Shown one piece after another: positions 30,104-39,085 of a stretch of DNA of 64,000 bases. Below the pieces are notes generated by a model, which was not told the origin of the DNA, searched no databases, and worked only from the letters and a program-made list of their open reading frames with translations. Location of the stretch: NCBI GenBank assembly GCA_000146465.1, contig CP001947.1; one strand, given 5' to 3'. Positions within the stretch are counted from its first letter, which is position 1. Every line of letters begins with the position of its first letter. The position numbers and the translations under genes were made by a program.

Positions 30104-31273
30104 ATGAACTCATTGTTTGGAAGACTGAACAAAGTATTGAAGATGGATCTTAAGAAGGCATTTCAGTCCGGTTCCAGTAGTGAGGTGTTTGGCTTTCTTA
30201 ATAAGTATATGAGATTTGTCGAGGATGACAACGATTCCTACAGACACTTGTTTCTGGTTGGAGAAAATCCTTTGGTGGCACAAGAAGAAAATCAAGAGGA
30301 CATGAAGGAGTTTAACAAGAAATGCCTTGAGTTTCTTTCCAGAACAATAAGTAACAGTAAGAGGTCGCATCCCTATGACTCGACGCTGTCCGAGGCAGAG
30401 ACATACATGGGTCTTGGATACGAGTTCGGTCTGTTTGGGCTGCGAAAGAACGAAAGACTGGCCATAAGCTATTACTCGTCTGCAGCAAGGCAAAACCATC
30501 CTGTAGGGACATTCAGGATGGGGCATTGCCTTGAAAAGGGCATTGGAAAGCCTAGAAATCACAAGCATGCCTTGAACTTTTACAGATGCTCTGCAAAGTT
30601 AGGGTTTATTGTCGGGATGCATGCATACGGGTCTGTTCTAATCAACGGAGATATAGGAAGTAAGAAAGACCTGCAGAGCGGGCTGTTCTATTTAAAGCTT
30701 GCAGCAAGGAAGGCCTGCAAGGAATACCCATATCCATATTACGACTTGGCACAGATATACGAGTCAAGTACCGCTCCTAGTGAGATCCAAGCAGACGACG
30801 AGTATGCATTCAGACTGTATCTGAGAGGAGCAGAACTGGACTGCCCAAACTGCCAATACAGAGTGGCCAGATGCTGTGAGCTTGGGGAGCTAAAACAAGA
30901 AAAAAGCCTCCCCTTAGCGGTGGATTGGTACAGGAGGGCATCTCTCCTTGGCCAAGTCGATGCCCAAATGATATACTCAAGAATCCTATTCACCGGGATC
31001 GAAGGAGTGGTCCAAGCAAACCTAAAAGAATCGTTTTTCTGGGCACTGAAGGCTGCAGTGAGAGGCCACTCCCAAGCTGCATTTTCGGTGGCGGAGTTTG
31101 CAGAGACTGGATGCGGCATGCCCAAGAACACATTCCTGGCATTGTGGTGGTACACAATCTCCTATGAATCTGGAAATACCCAAGCAAAGTCAAGGCTTAT
31201 GATGCTCCAGCATCAAATAGAGATGAAGAACGAGGGGACTACTGAGCCAAGGTGCTGTGGATGCCTCTTCTAA
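30104..31273 (+). CDS. Sel1-repeat (HCP-like TPR) protein, Skt5/Chs4-type chitin synthase regulator candidate
   Basis: About seven Sel1-like repeats with the pattern A..YY..AA..G...A...LG.CY..G.G. The start was set at the first ATG after a GTG at 30089. Confidence 0.6.
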   Translation: MNSLFGRLNKVLKMDLKKAFQSGSSSEVFGFLNKYMRFVEDDNDSYRHLFLVGENPLVAQEENQEDMKEFNKKCLEFLSRTISNSKRSHPYDSTLSEAETYMGLGYEFGLFGLRKNERLAISYYSSAARQNHPVGTFRMGHCLEKGIGKPRNHKHALNFYRCSAKLGFIVGMHAYGSVLINGDIGSKKDLQSGLFYLKLAARKACKEYPYPYYDLAQIYESSTAPSEIQADDEYAFRLYLRGAELDCPNCQYRVARCCELGELKQEKSLPLAVDWYRRASLLGQVDAQMIYSRILFTGIEGVVQANLKESFFWALKAAVRGHSQAAFSVAEFAETGCGMPKNTFLALWWYTISYESGNTQAKSRLMMLQHQIEMKNEGTTEPRCCGCLF

Positions 31274-31383
31274 CTCTTTGTATGTTTTTCTCTGTTCCAG
31301 GAGTCCTAGAAATAGACTCTTGACAACAACAAATTTTATTAATTGAAATATTTTAAACATTGCACTTCTTCTGTGTCCTTCTT

Positions 31384-31851
31384 CTATCCGTAATGCTCTC
31401 CTCGTTTTATTCCCTCTATTTCGTAGAGGAGTACGTATTCGTCATCCCTATAGTTGTTTGGAATAAAACTAAACTTGAAGCTATAGTTACAGGTAAACAT
31501 GTCGTTATGGATTTTTTCCATTTCCTTGTGAAGCTTCAAGAATTCACTGTACTTCACATATATCCTGAGCCTCCTGAACCGATGGTAATCCAGAATTTTT
31601 CGGATGTAGTGCACCAGGTTCTCCAGGTCGTGTGAAATCTCAATCCTTAGAATCTCGTTGTTCTCGGGACACTGGTTTCCAGGCTTTGTGTAGCACAGGC
31701 GGTATTTCATCTTCTCGCCAGGTATCAATGGATGGGACATATACACTATCTTCTTATATTCCTCACGGCTTCCAGAAGGAAGTGTGCTTGTCTGGTTTTG
31801 TGAAAACCTTTTCATCCCCTTTGCACGGGAGTTTTCCAGTTCCTTGCACAT
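31384..31851 (-). CDS. hypothetical protein (~155 aa)
   Basis: The ORF sits between convergent neighbours. The start was set at the first ATG (the ORF track begins at a GTG). No domain recognised. Confidence 0.35.
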   Translation of the reverse strand: MCKELENSRAKGMKRFSQNQTSTLPSGSREEYKKIVYMSHPLIPGEKMKYRLCYTKPGNQCPENNEILRIEISHDLENLVHYIRKILDYHRFRRLRIYVKYSEFLKLHKEMEKIHNDMFTCNYSFKFSFIPNNYRDDEYVLLYEIEGIKRGEHYG

Positions 31852-32163
31852 CGGGGTGGTGTGTCCAACACAAATCACTTAAACAATTCTAAACAATTTA
31901 TTTCCTGCCCACATCCAAAGAGATTTCCAGAGGTTTTGTTATTTACCAGACTTGCCGCTAATTGCCCAGAGGAAGACAAACTGCTGCATCGTAGTTAGAA
32001 TCATTATAACTTAGAAGAAAATGTCCAAGACGTCTGACACATCATTCCAATAAGGAGCAATGCTCTTACCGTCTCTTCTGCTGTCGGGAAAACGACTCGC
32101 ATAAGCCCAGCAAGGCCTTTACTTAAGATTTTCCGGGGCCATACATATGAGCAAATTTTGAGC

Positions 32164-32907
32164 CTATTTTCTCTGCTCTCTTGAAAGCCTGAGAATTGCA
32201 GAGTAATCGAAGCCTATGGTATCTCCCCTCTTCATAGATTGTTTGGGAGATGGGTAGTACTTCTCATCGCCATCAACCCTCTCCGTAGGATTTTCCATGG
32301 AATTCTTTACATCCTTGTCCTTCACTTCTTCTTTGTCTTCAGCATCCTTGCCCGCCTCCTGGCTACTCTTAACAACAACTGCTACGGCACTAGATTTCTT
32401 CTTGGCCACTGAACCTTCTCCTGTGGCAGAACTCTTAGCTTTTTTCTCTTTCTTCTCTTTGTTTCTATAAACAGGATCTTCCCCAGCCCTTCTCCCAAGA
32501 TCCTCGCTTAACATCCCATTCTTGTATAAGTCTCTATAGAGCCTGTCCAAAATACTAAGCTTGGACAGCAGCTTGAACTCATAGTCCTTTAGAAGCATAA
32601 CCAACTCCTTTCCAACCTCCAGATCTCTTCCATTTTTGATAACATGCGATCCTCCAAGCTCTCCCATCAGGACATCGAAGTAGAATCTCCCGTTCATGTA
32701 ATAGATCTCTTTGATTTGAAGCCAATTGATTTCTTCCTGATTTTGCGGGGAGTTCTTCAGGAAATAGGAGTCAAGTATTTCGGGATATTTAGAATACAGC
32801 ATTTCACTGGTCATTCCATCTAATTCATTTGTATCTGCTATTGCATCAAAATCCGACCCATAGAAGCTTAAAAGCTCGATAAATCTCTTTTTCATGCCCG
32901 AGTCCAT
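32164..32907 (-). CDS. hypothetical nuclear-type protein with Lys-rich acidic/basic central region (247 aa)
   Basis: The ATG was verified. The central low-complexity block is KEKKEKKAKSSATGEG...KDAEDKEEVKDKDVK. Possibly a chromatin or transcription factor. Confidence 0.4.
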   Translation of the reverse strand: MDSGMKKRFIELLSFYGSDFDAIADTNELDGMTSEMLYSKYPEILDSYFLKNSPQNQEEINWLQIKEIYYMNGRFYFDVLMGELGGSHVIKNGRDLEVGKELVMLLKDYEFKLLSKLSILDRLYRDLYKNGMLSEDLGRRAGEDPVYRNKEKKEKKAKSSATGEGSVAKKKSSAVAVVVKSSQEAGKDAEDKEEVKDKDVKNSMENPTERVDGDEKYYPSPKQSMKRGDTIGFDYSAILRLSREQRK

Positions 32908-33064
32908 ACCCCCAATCCCAAATAATTTTATTATCCCAAAGAGCAGCCTCCTATCTCTTTAGACTTCAAGCGTCAGGTTTTGTAATGGATTTATTTGAAA
33001 CATTTATCATTATAGGAAGAGGGTGTTCAAGTATCAGCATTTGTTTTCCCATCCTACAGGCACA

Positions 33065-33871
33065 ATGGTACACATTGCCCTTATGTCTTTTATTCCAGGG
33101 GCTTTGTCTTGGTACGAACCTGCAATTGATCCGAGTAAGATCCCAAGAGACGATGCAATCCTGAGGTTTGGGGAAAGCGAGAGTTCAAACACCGGGGAAT
33201 ATTCTCCAGGGCATACTGATGAGAGAGTAACAGAAAACCAGCAAGACAACGATCCAGACATAAGCTTGAGTGACATTGATGAAAGGATTAACGAATATCC
33301 TTCGAAGGAAATACTTCCTCCACAGGTCCGGTCGATCCCAATTGCAGATGATGTCGAAGCAAAAATTGAAAAGGTCCGAGAACTAACAAAAGCATTCAAT
33401 AAGAAGATAGGAACAGAAAATGTGTCTGGGATCCATGACCGGGAGGCATGGAACAAGTTCTATGAATATTTGAAACTAAACTTCAAGGACTTCCTAATAG
33501 ACGGCCATCTCTCCATCGAACTCCACATTAGATATGTTCTGTGTTGCTATGTCGTTGCATTTATCCCAGCTGAGTTTGCATTTCTTTTTCCTGCCTCCTA
33601 CAAAATATTCATCCCAAAAAGAGCAATGAAGGTTCCTATCCTTGGCGATGCCATAAAGGGGATAGACAGGTTCTTGACATTTGTCAGTGACCGCAGCTCG
33701 AAGACATTCATCATAACATTTTATGTGGGACGTCAAAATTCCCTTGTGGAGGACATAGAGTTCATAAAGAGAGTTCCGGATCTTATATTCACAAATCCCA
33801 TAGAAATACTTAGAGAGATCCTGAAGTTCGAGATAAGGTCTGAAGGATATGACAACAAGAAAGAGCTATAG
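33065..33871 (+). CDS. hypothetical protein (~268 aa)
   Basis: The start is the first ATG after a GTG at 33023. An acidic N-terminal half is followed by a hydrophobic segment. No domain recognised. Confidence 0.35.
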   Translation: MVHIALMSFIPGALSWYEPAIDPSKIPRDDAILRFGESESSNTGEYSPGHTDERVTENQQDNDPDISLSDIDERINEYPSKEILPPQVRSIPIADDVEAKIEKVRELTKAFNKKIGTENVSGIHDREAWNKFYEYLKLNFKDFLIDGHLSIELHIRYVLCCYVVAFIPAEFAFLFPASYKIFIPKRAMKVPILGDAIKGIDRFLTFVSDRSSKTFIITFYVGRQNSLVEDIEFIKRVPDLIFTNPIEILREILKFEIRSEGYDNKKEL

Positions 33872-34069
33872 GGACCCACTCAAAGGGCTCTCCATCTTCT
33901 TGAGGCTTGTATTAACTAACCACAGAGCCAAGCAGGTTGGCATCCTTGAGGCACAAGGACTCAATTATCTTCGCCAATAAGAAACTGTAGGATCCGAGAG
34001 CTTTCAATTGGAAAGCATTGAAACAGGTGTTTTGCATAAAATATTTAATGGAAAAAGTATCAGGTCACA

Positions 34070-34318
34070 ATGAAGTTTATAGTTGGAATAATCTCAATCT
34101 TTGCAGTGTCAGTTTTCTCAACATCATCGCTGGGTACTTCTTCATCCAGAACTTTCACCAGTAGCAGGTACTACTCGGGCTCTTCAAGTAGTGGAAGCGG
34201 AGTAACCCCCTATTCTTCATACTATCATGGATATGGGGTTGGGACAGGGACAACAGTAGATCCTTTTGCAGATATTAGATCTGGAGCACTGGGAAGATCA
34301 TCTTCCATTCACTACTAA
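34070..34318 (+). CDS. small secreted Ser/Gly/Tyr-rich protein (82 aa), spore-wall/secreted protein candidate
   Basis: A signal peptide MKFIVGIISIFAVSVFS is followed by a low-complexity mature part (SSLGTSSSRTFTSSRYYSGSSSSGSGVTPYSSYYHGYGVGTG). Confidence 0.5.
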   Translation: MKFIVGIISIFAVSVFSTSSLGTSSSRTFTSSRYYSGSSSSGSGVTPYSSYYHGYGVGTGTTVDPFADIRSGALGRSSSIHY

Positions 34319-34513
34319 GGTAACTCAACCTGAGGTACGTTAAATAAAGCAATAATGCACAAACTATCTTCTTTCTTCTTTCCAATAGGAATCCTCCATT
34401 GCAATTTGTTTCATATGCGGTGTGCAATTTGTTAGAGAAGTTGTCTTGGAGCCAATCATTTTGCTCAACAAGAAACAGAAAAATATAAAATAAAAAATCC
34501 GAAGGTTTGAAAA

Positions 34514-35266
34514 ATGAATCTAGGTACTCTCATTCCTTTTCTTGCATTAGCCCTTTGCGCAACTCCTGAGGCTTCAGGGGATTCAGGCACATCAGCTGAT
34601 TCATCGGGGCAGTTGGCATTTGCAGTTCCTGTATATGCAACTTCGGGAGGAAATAGAATTGTCAATGCCGTTTATGCAATCGTCCTTCTGGTGGCCATAG
34701 CTGTGATCAACCTCCCACGTAAGTCTCTCGAGCAGACACAGTATGCTGCTACATCGGCCTTGGGTGCATACTTCTTGATCTCCCACATCTTGCAGTCCAC
34801 AGGAATAGCACTAGAAATGGACATGATTGCTGCAGGTATTGTTGCTGTCCTTGCTGCCGTTATTTCTTACAACAAGATGCTCAGGAGTCTTCTCTTTGCC
34901 TTAATATCTGCTTATGGAACAACATATTTTGCTGTCCTGATAGTAAGACTCGAGTCGATTCTCTTTGCAGGAATCCTGGGTGTGGTTCTCTTCTTTGTAT
35001 ATATATTCCTCGGAAAGATGAAAGAAGATGGCAGACTCTTGGTTGCAATGGCCAAAGCAGATGTTTCCAGTCTTGGGTTTGCATCCTTCATAAACGTCTG
35101 GGGCGCCTTTGACATGTTTGGAGGAATGCATGGCATAAATGCAAGCGAAGGCCTGTTCCAAGGATTCCTTTTCGGGGGTATCATCATTGCTTTGGTTTTC
35201 GCTGTTGTGTTTACGATGAATTACTTCAGCGAGTGGACTCAAGAAAAGATGAACAGTGCCAGCTAA
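34514..35266 (+). CDS. multi-pass membrane protein with N-terminal signal peptide (250 aa), unknown function
   Basis: A signal peptide MNLGTLIPFLALALCA is followed by about six hydrophobic helices. The ATG was verified. Confidence 0.5.
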   Translation: MNLGTLIPFLALALCATPEASGDSGTSADSSGQLAFAVPVYATSGGNRIVNAVYAIVLLVAIAVINLPRKSLEQTQYAATSALGAYFLISHILQSTGIALEMDMIAAGIVAVLAAVISYNKMLRSLLFALISAYGTTYFAVLIVRLESILFAGILGVVLFFVYIFLGKMKEDGRLLVAMAKADVSSLGFASFINVWGAFDMFGGMHGINASEGLFQGFLFGGIIIALVFAVVFTMNYFSEWTQEKMNSAS

Positions 35267-35610
35267 ACCTTGATAGGTTCCTGTATGGATGAAAATAAAC
35301 ACTTTTCTGTCCAATTACATATTAGAATTGTATTCTTCCAAGCCCTAATGACCGAGCCGAGGGTTGAAGATGTGTATCGCCCGTCTTTCCGCAAATGCAT
35401 TCTGAGGACCATGGGAGCATGCTTTATATCCGGCTATCTTGTGGGCTCTTCTTTTCGATTGGCTGCCGGAAGTAGATGCGACTACGGCCAATACCTTGCA
35501 AACAAGCTTTGTGCTGCTGGGGTGTGTTTCCAACTTGGAAGAAGACTGACTGCCGAGGTGGTAGGAGGGGTAAAAAAGAATTTTATTTCGTGGCGGCTTT
35601 CTCCCTGGAA

Positions 35611-37368
35611 ATGAAGCTATTTGGGCAGGAGTTGTCGACATATATGTATGGAAGGATACTGGACCGAAAGTTTATAACTCCTTCGGGATCATATGAGATA
35701 GAGCCGTTGGAGATTGCTTCTGGGATGCATCCAGTGAGATACAACGGGAAGATAGAAATCTTTTATGTGTCCCCGATATTCAACAGCTATCTTGTGTCCC
35801 GCGAAGAGAATGTTAATGTACTGTTTTCAGCAGACGGAAAGGTTACAATCACCAACGAGGATATAGACAAAGATACTCTGTACACTTTTCGGATTGTCCG
35901 GGAGACGAGCGATCTTAGAGTTGCCGAGATCTACAAGTTTGATACATTTTATCCTGGATTCAAGACGACTGGAGAAGTCAAGTGGAAGATAGGGAAGGAT
36001 GGGCGGAGGATTTACACAGTACAGACCAAATATGGGGATGGAACTCTGATTATGCAGAACAACAAAGAAAAGAATATTGTAAGTGTTCTTCTGTATAAAA
36101 AGGACAAGGAACTTCATTTCGTACAGGTCGACGACCCAATAAGCGGTATTGTAAAGATGACTGTGACGGCAGAGATGGGCAACAAATATGGGGTGAGGGA
36201 TCGTAATGTACGAGGATTTCTTATCACAAACAACACTTATAAGACTGGGGATTCTGTGGCATGCACAATTAAGGAAGTCTGGCTGGGAAACTACTTGTTT
36301 ACAGAGTATTTTGAGCTAGGGATAGGATCTATTATTGAAGCTCGTGTTAAGAGCTATGGAAAGAACAAGATATATCTTGAATATAAAGGCCACGAAGGAT
36401 ACATTTTGATTTCTGAATCCGAAGGAAGAAGATACGGAAACAATGTGAGGGGAACTGTGTATGACATAAAAGATGGTTTGTTCCTGCTGAGCACCAAGAG
36501 GATACCTGAATTGGAAAGAAAAGAGAAGGGGATTGATCTATCTGTTCCCTTCGATATCTCTGATCAGACAGAGGAATCAAGTGACTCTTTAGAAGAGGAT
36601 GTGGATGGAGTGAGCAGGTCTTTAGGGGCCGAAAGAAAAAGAAGCAAGACAGTAACAGAGGACGATATCTTAATGGACATCCACGCACATCCTGGAGAAG
36701 CGATTCCTGTGATCAAATACATACAATACAAAATCGAAATTGGAGAGGAAGGAGGACCCGAAGAGATTTTCCATAAGTTCCTTCCTATGATTGAGGGGGA
36801 AGAAAAGGATAAGCTTTGTATTTCGTTTGTGAACTACCTAATGTTTGTCAAGGATCCAGATTGCCTGAAGGTGATAAAGAAGTTGTCGAAGATATGCTCG
36901 GAACGATTCCTGGATGCTGTTGCATCCAACACCGACGACATCCAGGTCCTTAGGCTCTATTTTGAAAGGACGGAGACAAGGAAGTCCTTTGGAATGTACT
37001 TGGATGGGCTATTCAAAGCAGACCGAGAGGAAGCCATGAGACTTGTTGAAAAGCATAGAGAGCTCCTTGGCGTATCGATTGGTATAATATACAAGCATTG
37101 CGAGAACCCAAGAGCATGGGTGGAGAAGCTATTGGTTGACAAGAAGGATGTTTGGATGTCTTACATCCGAAACGAAAAAGGAACGTATCTTCGGAGCCTT
37201 TACAGAAGAGTTGTTGACAAGAAGTGGAAGGTGAGTGACATGAAGGAGTTCTACAAGATGTGGATGGATTATGAGAAGGAGAACAACGGAAATATAGAAG
37301 AAGTAAAGCTAAGAGCCAGAGAATATGTTGGGAGCATCAAGAACAATTCCGTGCATAGACAAGCATAA
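35611..37368 (+). CDS. HAT/TPR-repeat RNA-processing protein candidate (Rrp5/Utp6-like)
   Basis: The start is set at an ATG preceded by CCC (the ORF track extends to an upstream TTG). The C-terminal helical repeats resemble HAT repeats (WMSYIRNEKG..., MWMDYEKENNG...AREYV). The N-terminal beta-rich part may be S1-like. Weak call. Confidence 0.3.
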   Translation: MKLFGQELSTYMYGRILDRKFITPSGSYEIEPLEIASGMHPVRYNGKIEIFYVSPIFNSYLVSREENVNVLFSADGKVTITNEDIDKDTLYTFRIVRETSDLRVAEIYKFDTFYPGFKTTGEVKWKIGKDGRRIYTVQTKYGDGTLIMQNNKEKNIVSVLLYKKDKELHFVQVDDPISGIVKMTVTAEMGNKYGVRDRNVRGFLITNNTYKTGDSVACTIKEVWLGNYLFTEYFELGIGSIIEARVKSYGKNKIYLEYKGHEGYILISESEGRRYGNNVRGTVYDIKDGLFLLSTKRIPELERKEKGIDLSVPFDISDQTEESSDSLEEDVDGVSRSLGAERKRSKTVTEDDILMDIHAHPGEAIPVIKYIQYKIEIGEEGGPEEIFHKFLPMIEGEEKDKLCISFVNYLMFVKDPDCLKVIKKLSKICSERFLDAVASNTDDIQVLRLYFERTETRKSFGMYLDGLFKADREEAMRLVEKHRELLGVSIGIIYKHCENPRAWVEKLLVDKKDVWMSYIRNEKGTYLRSLYRRVVDKKWKVSDMKEFYKMWMDYEKENNGNIEEVKLRAREYVGSIKNNSVHRQA

Positions 37369-37388
37369 TAAAGATATCTACCGGTATT

Positions 37389-38111
37389 TTAATCCATTGT
37401 TTCCATTGCAGACGACAATCCTGCTATTTTTTCCTTGAGTATCTTCAATCCCTCCAGAACAATGGCAAGAGGCCCAGCTCCGCCTTCGACAACCTCCACG
37501 CACATATAAATTTTGTCGACCCTCTGCATTGGATTGGCCTCTGCTTGTTTGACTCCAGGCCATTCTTCTTCTATGGACTCCTCGAACCAATAGTTTGTCT
37601 CTCTTCTGGCATTATCTTTGTCATATTCAAAGCTTATGGCCGATACCGGAGACCATTTTGCATGGGTCCTCCCAATCCCCTTTCGCCCAATGCATCGGGC
37701 TTTCAAGCCTTGGTCTCTTGCTAGCTTTGTAATGATGGGTCCGCTCTTGACTACCACATCTTCCTCATCACAAATAATGTCTCTTGTGCTCACAACCCTC
37801 AAGGCGTCTTCAGTGTGGACCACATCTATCTCAAACACGACCGAGCATTCCGAGCAGAATCCTGAGCAGCTGCATTCGTCCTTGTACTTGAGCTCCCTTT
37901 TCGAGTACACGGGAATCAGTCCAAGCCTGTGTGCAAGAACCTCATCTGGAAGTACTGTGTTGTTTCTTTCTATCTCCACCATGTCGATTGCAATGGTCGG
38001 TACTTCCGAAATCAGTATTCTCCTCAGTGCATTTGCATATCCTACCGTTGTATTGGAGAGTGTGAATCTTATGCGTTCCGGTGTCAACTCCTCTATAGAT
38101 AAGGCGATCAT
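37389..38111 (-). CDS. RPB3: DNA-directed RNA polymerase II subunit RPB3 (alternatively the RPAC1 paralogue)
   Basis: An alpha-motif dimerisation domain (VGYANALRRILISEVPT) and a zinc loop CSCSGFCSEC that is present in Rpb3 but absent from AC40. Confidence 0.75.
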   Translation of the reverse strand: MIALSIEELTPERIRFTLSNTTVGYANALRRILISEVPTIAIDMVEIERNNTVLPDEVLAHRLGLIPVYSKRELKYKDECSCSGFCSECSVVFEIDVVHTEDALRVVSTRDIICDEEDVVVKSGPIITKLARDQGLKARCIGRKGIGRTHAKWSPVSAISFEYDKDNARRETNYWFEESIEEEWPGVKQAEANPMQRVDKIYMCVEVVEGGAGPLAIVLEGLKILKEKIAGLSSAMETMD

Positions 38112-38212
38112 CCTCCAGGGCTTCCAGAATTTTTAAGAAGTGATATTGCAACTAAGTGGCCTGCCCCTAAATGCACAGTTCCTTTCTGAATCACTATTCA
38201 AAGGTTGTAAGC

Positions 38213-38455
38213 ATGCTGTCTTTTGCCTTTGTGACTGTGCTTACTTTGATCTCGATCTTCAGAACTCATGCCGAGATGCCGAAGGCATTCAAAGTTGCTG
38301 CAATTTTGCTGCTGCTTCTGTCACTATGCCTCATAAGGTACATAGCAACAGTGCTCCATTTCAAGGGCTATGCATGGATGGGATATATACTTGCCCTCCA
38401 CGGGTCGCTGCTCTTCGTGCTTGTCCTTGGAGCAAGAGAAGGTTCTTACAAGTAA
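38213..38455 (+). CDS. small hydrophobic ORF (~80 aa, 3 predicted TM helices), possible small membrane protein
   Basis: It fills the unusually long 385-bp gap between the RPB3 start and the Mtq2 start. The sequence MLSFAFVTVLTLISIF...AAILLLLLSLCLIRYIATVL...GYILALHGSLLFVLVLG has strong TM character. An overlapping alternative-frame ORF also exists. Confidence 0.25.
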   Translation: MLSFAFVTVLTLISIFRTHAEMPKAFKVAAILLLLLSLCLIRYIATVLHFKGYAWMGYILALHGSLLFVLVLGAREGSYK

Positions 38456-38495
38456 GGGTTTTGGATTCTTGAGGATTTGCCTCGCCAAGCCCTCG

Positions 38496-38999
38496 ATGGA
38501 CTGGTACGAGCCGGGAGAGGACACATACACACTAATGGATGTTTTGGAAGAAGAGGACCTGGAAATGAAGGTTATTCTGGACCTGGGAACATCGACTGGA
38601 ATAATAGCAGAGCATCTGGAAAAGAAAAACACTGTCCTATCGTCAGACATCAACATCAAAGCACTTCAAAACCATAGGGGAGGAAATTTAGTGAGGGCAG
38701 ACTTACTTCATGCAATAAATCAGCAACATGTGGATATTGTTGTGTTCAATCCTCCATATGTACTTGACTCCGACGACCCTGTCATAGGAGGGGGCCATCT
38801 TGGAAGAGAAGTGATCGATAGATTCATCAGTCTTCTCGAGATCGGGATTGTATATCTTCTTGTTATACAGGCCAACAAGCCAAGTGAGGTAATGAAGCTG
38901 CTTGAAGAAAAGGGATATAAAACCAAAATTCTTAGGGTGAGAAAGATCCTGGGAGAAACAATCTATATCATCAAGGGGGAAAGACACATAAAGAAATAG
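38496..38999 (+). CDS. MTQ2: eRF1 glutamine-N5 methyltransferase Mtq2/HemK2 (N6AMT1)
   Basis: A class I methyltransferase with SAM motif I ILDLGTSTG and the substrate-binding NPPY tetrapeptide (VVFNPPYV). The start is at an ATG preceded by CCC. Confidence 0.75.
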   Translation: MDWYEPGEDTYTLMDVLEEEDLEMKVILDLGTSTGIIAEHLEKKNTVLSSDINIKALQNHRGGNLVRADLLHAINQQHVDIVVFNPPYVLDSDDPVIGGGHLGREVIDRFISLLEIGIVYLLVIQANKPSEVMKLLEEKGYKTKILRVRKILGETIYIIKGERHIKK

Positions 39000-39085
39000 C
39001 CATTGTTTATTCTTTCGATCTCTAGCTTTCCTGGAGAGCATCTACATAAATGGCCTAGATATAGAAGAAGCATAGGAAAGTTGTT

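Noticed and set aside
31255-31273. CaaX prenylation box at the C-terminus of the Sel1-repeat protein (as in yeast Skt5)
   Set aside because: The C-terminus is …CCGCLF. The Cys is at -3/-5/-6, not -4, so it is not a canonical CaaX.
35270-35614. 114-aa ORF upstream of the 35611 gene, and the long 5-prime extension of ORF 35476
   Set aside because: These begin at non-ATG codons in the ORF track. The downstream ATG at 35611 carries the CCC motif, and the upstream peptide is Cys/Gly/Arg-rich junk.
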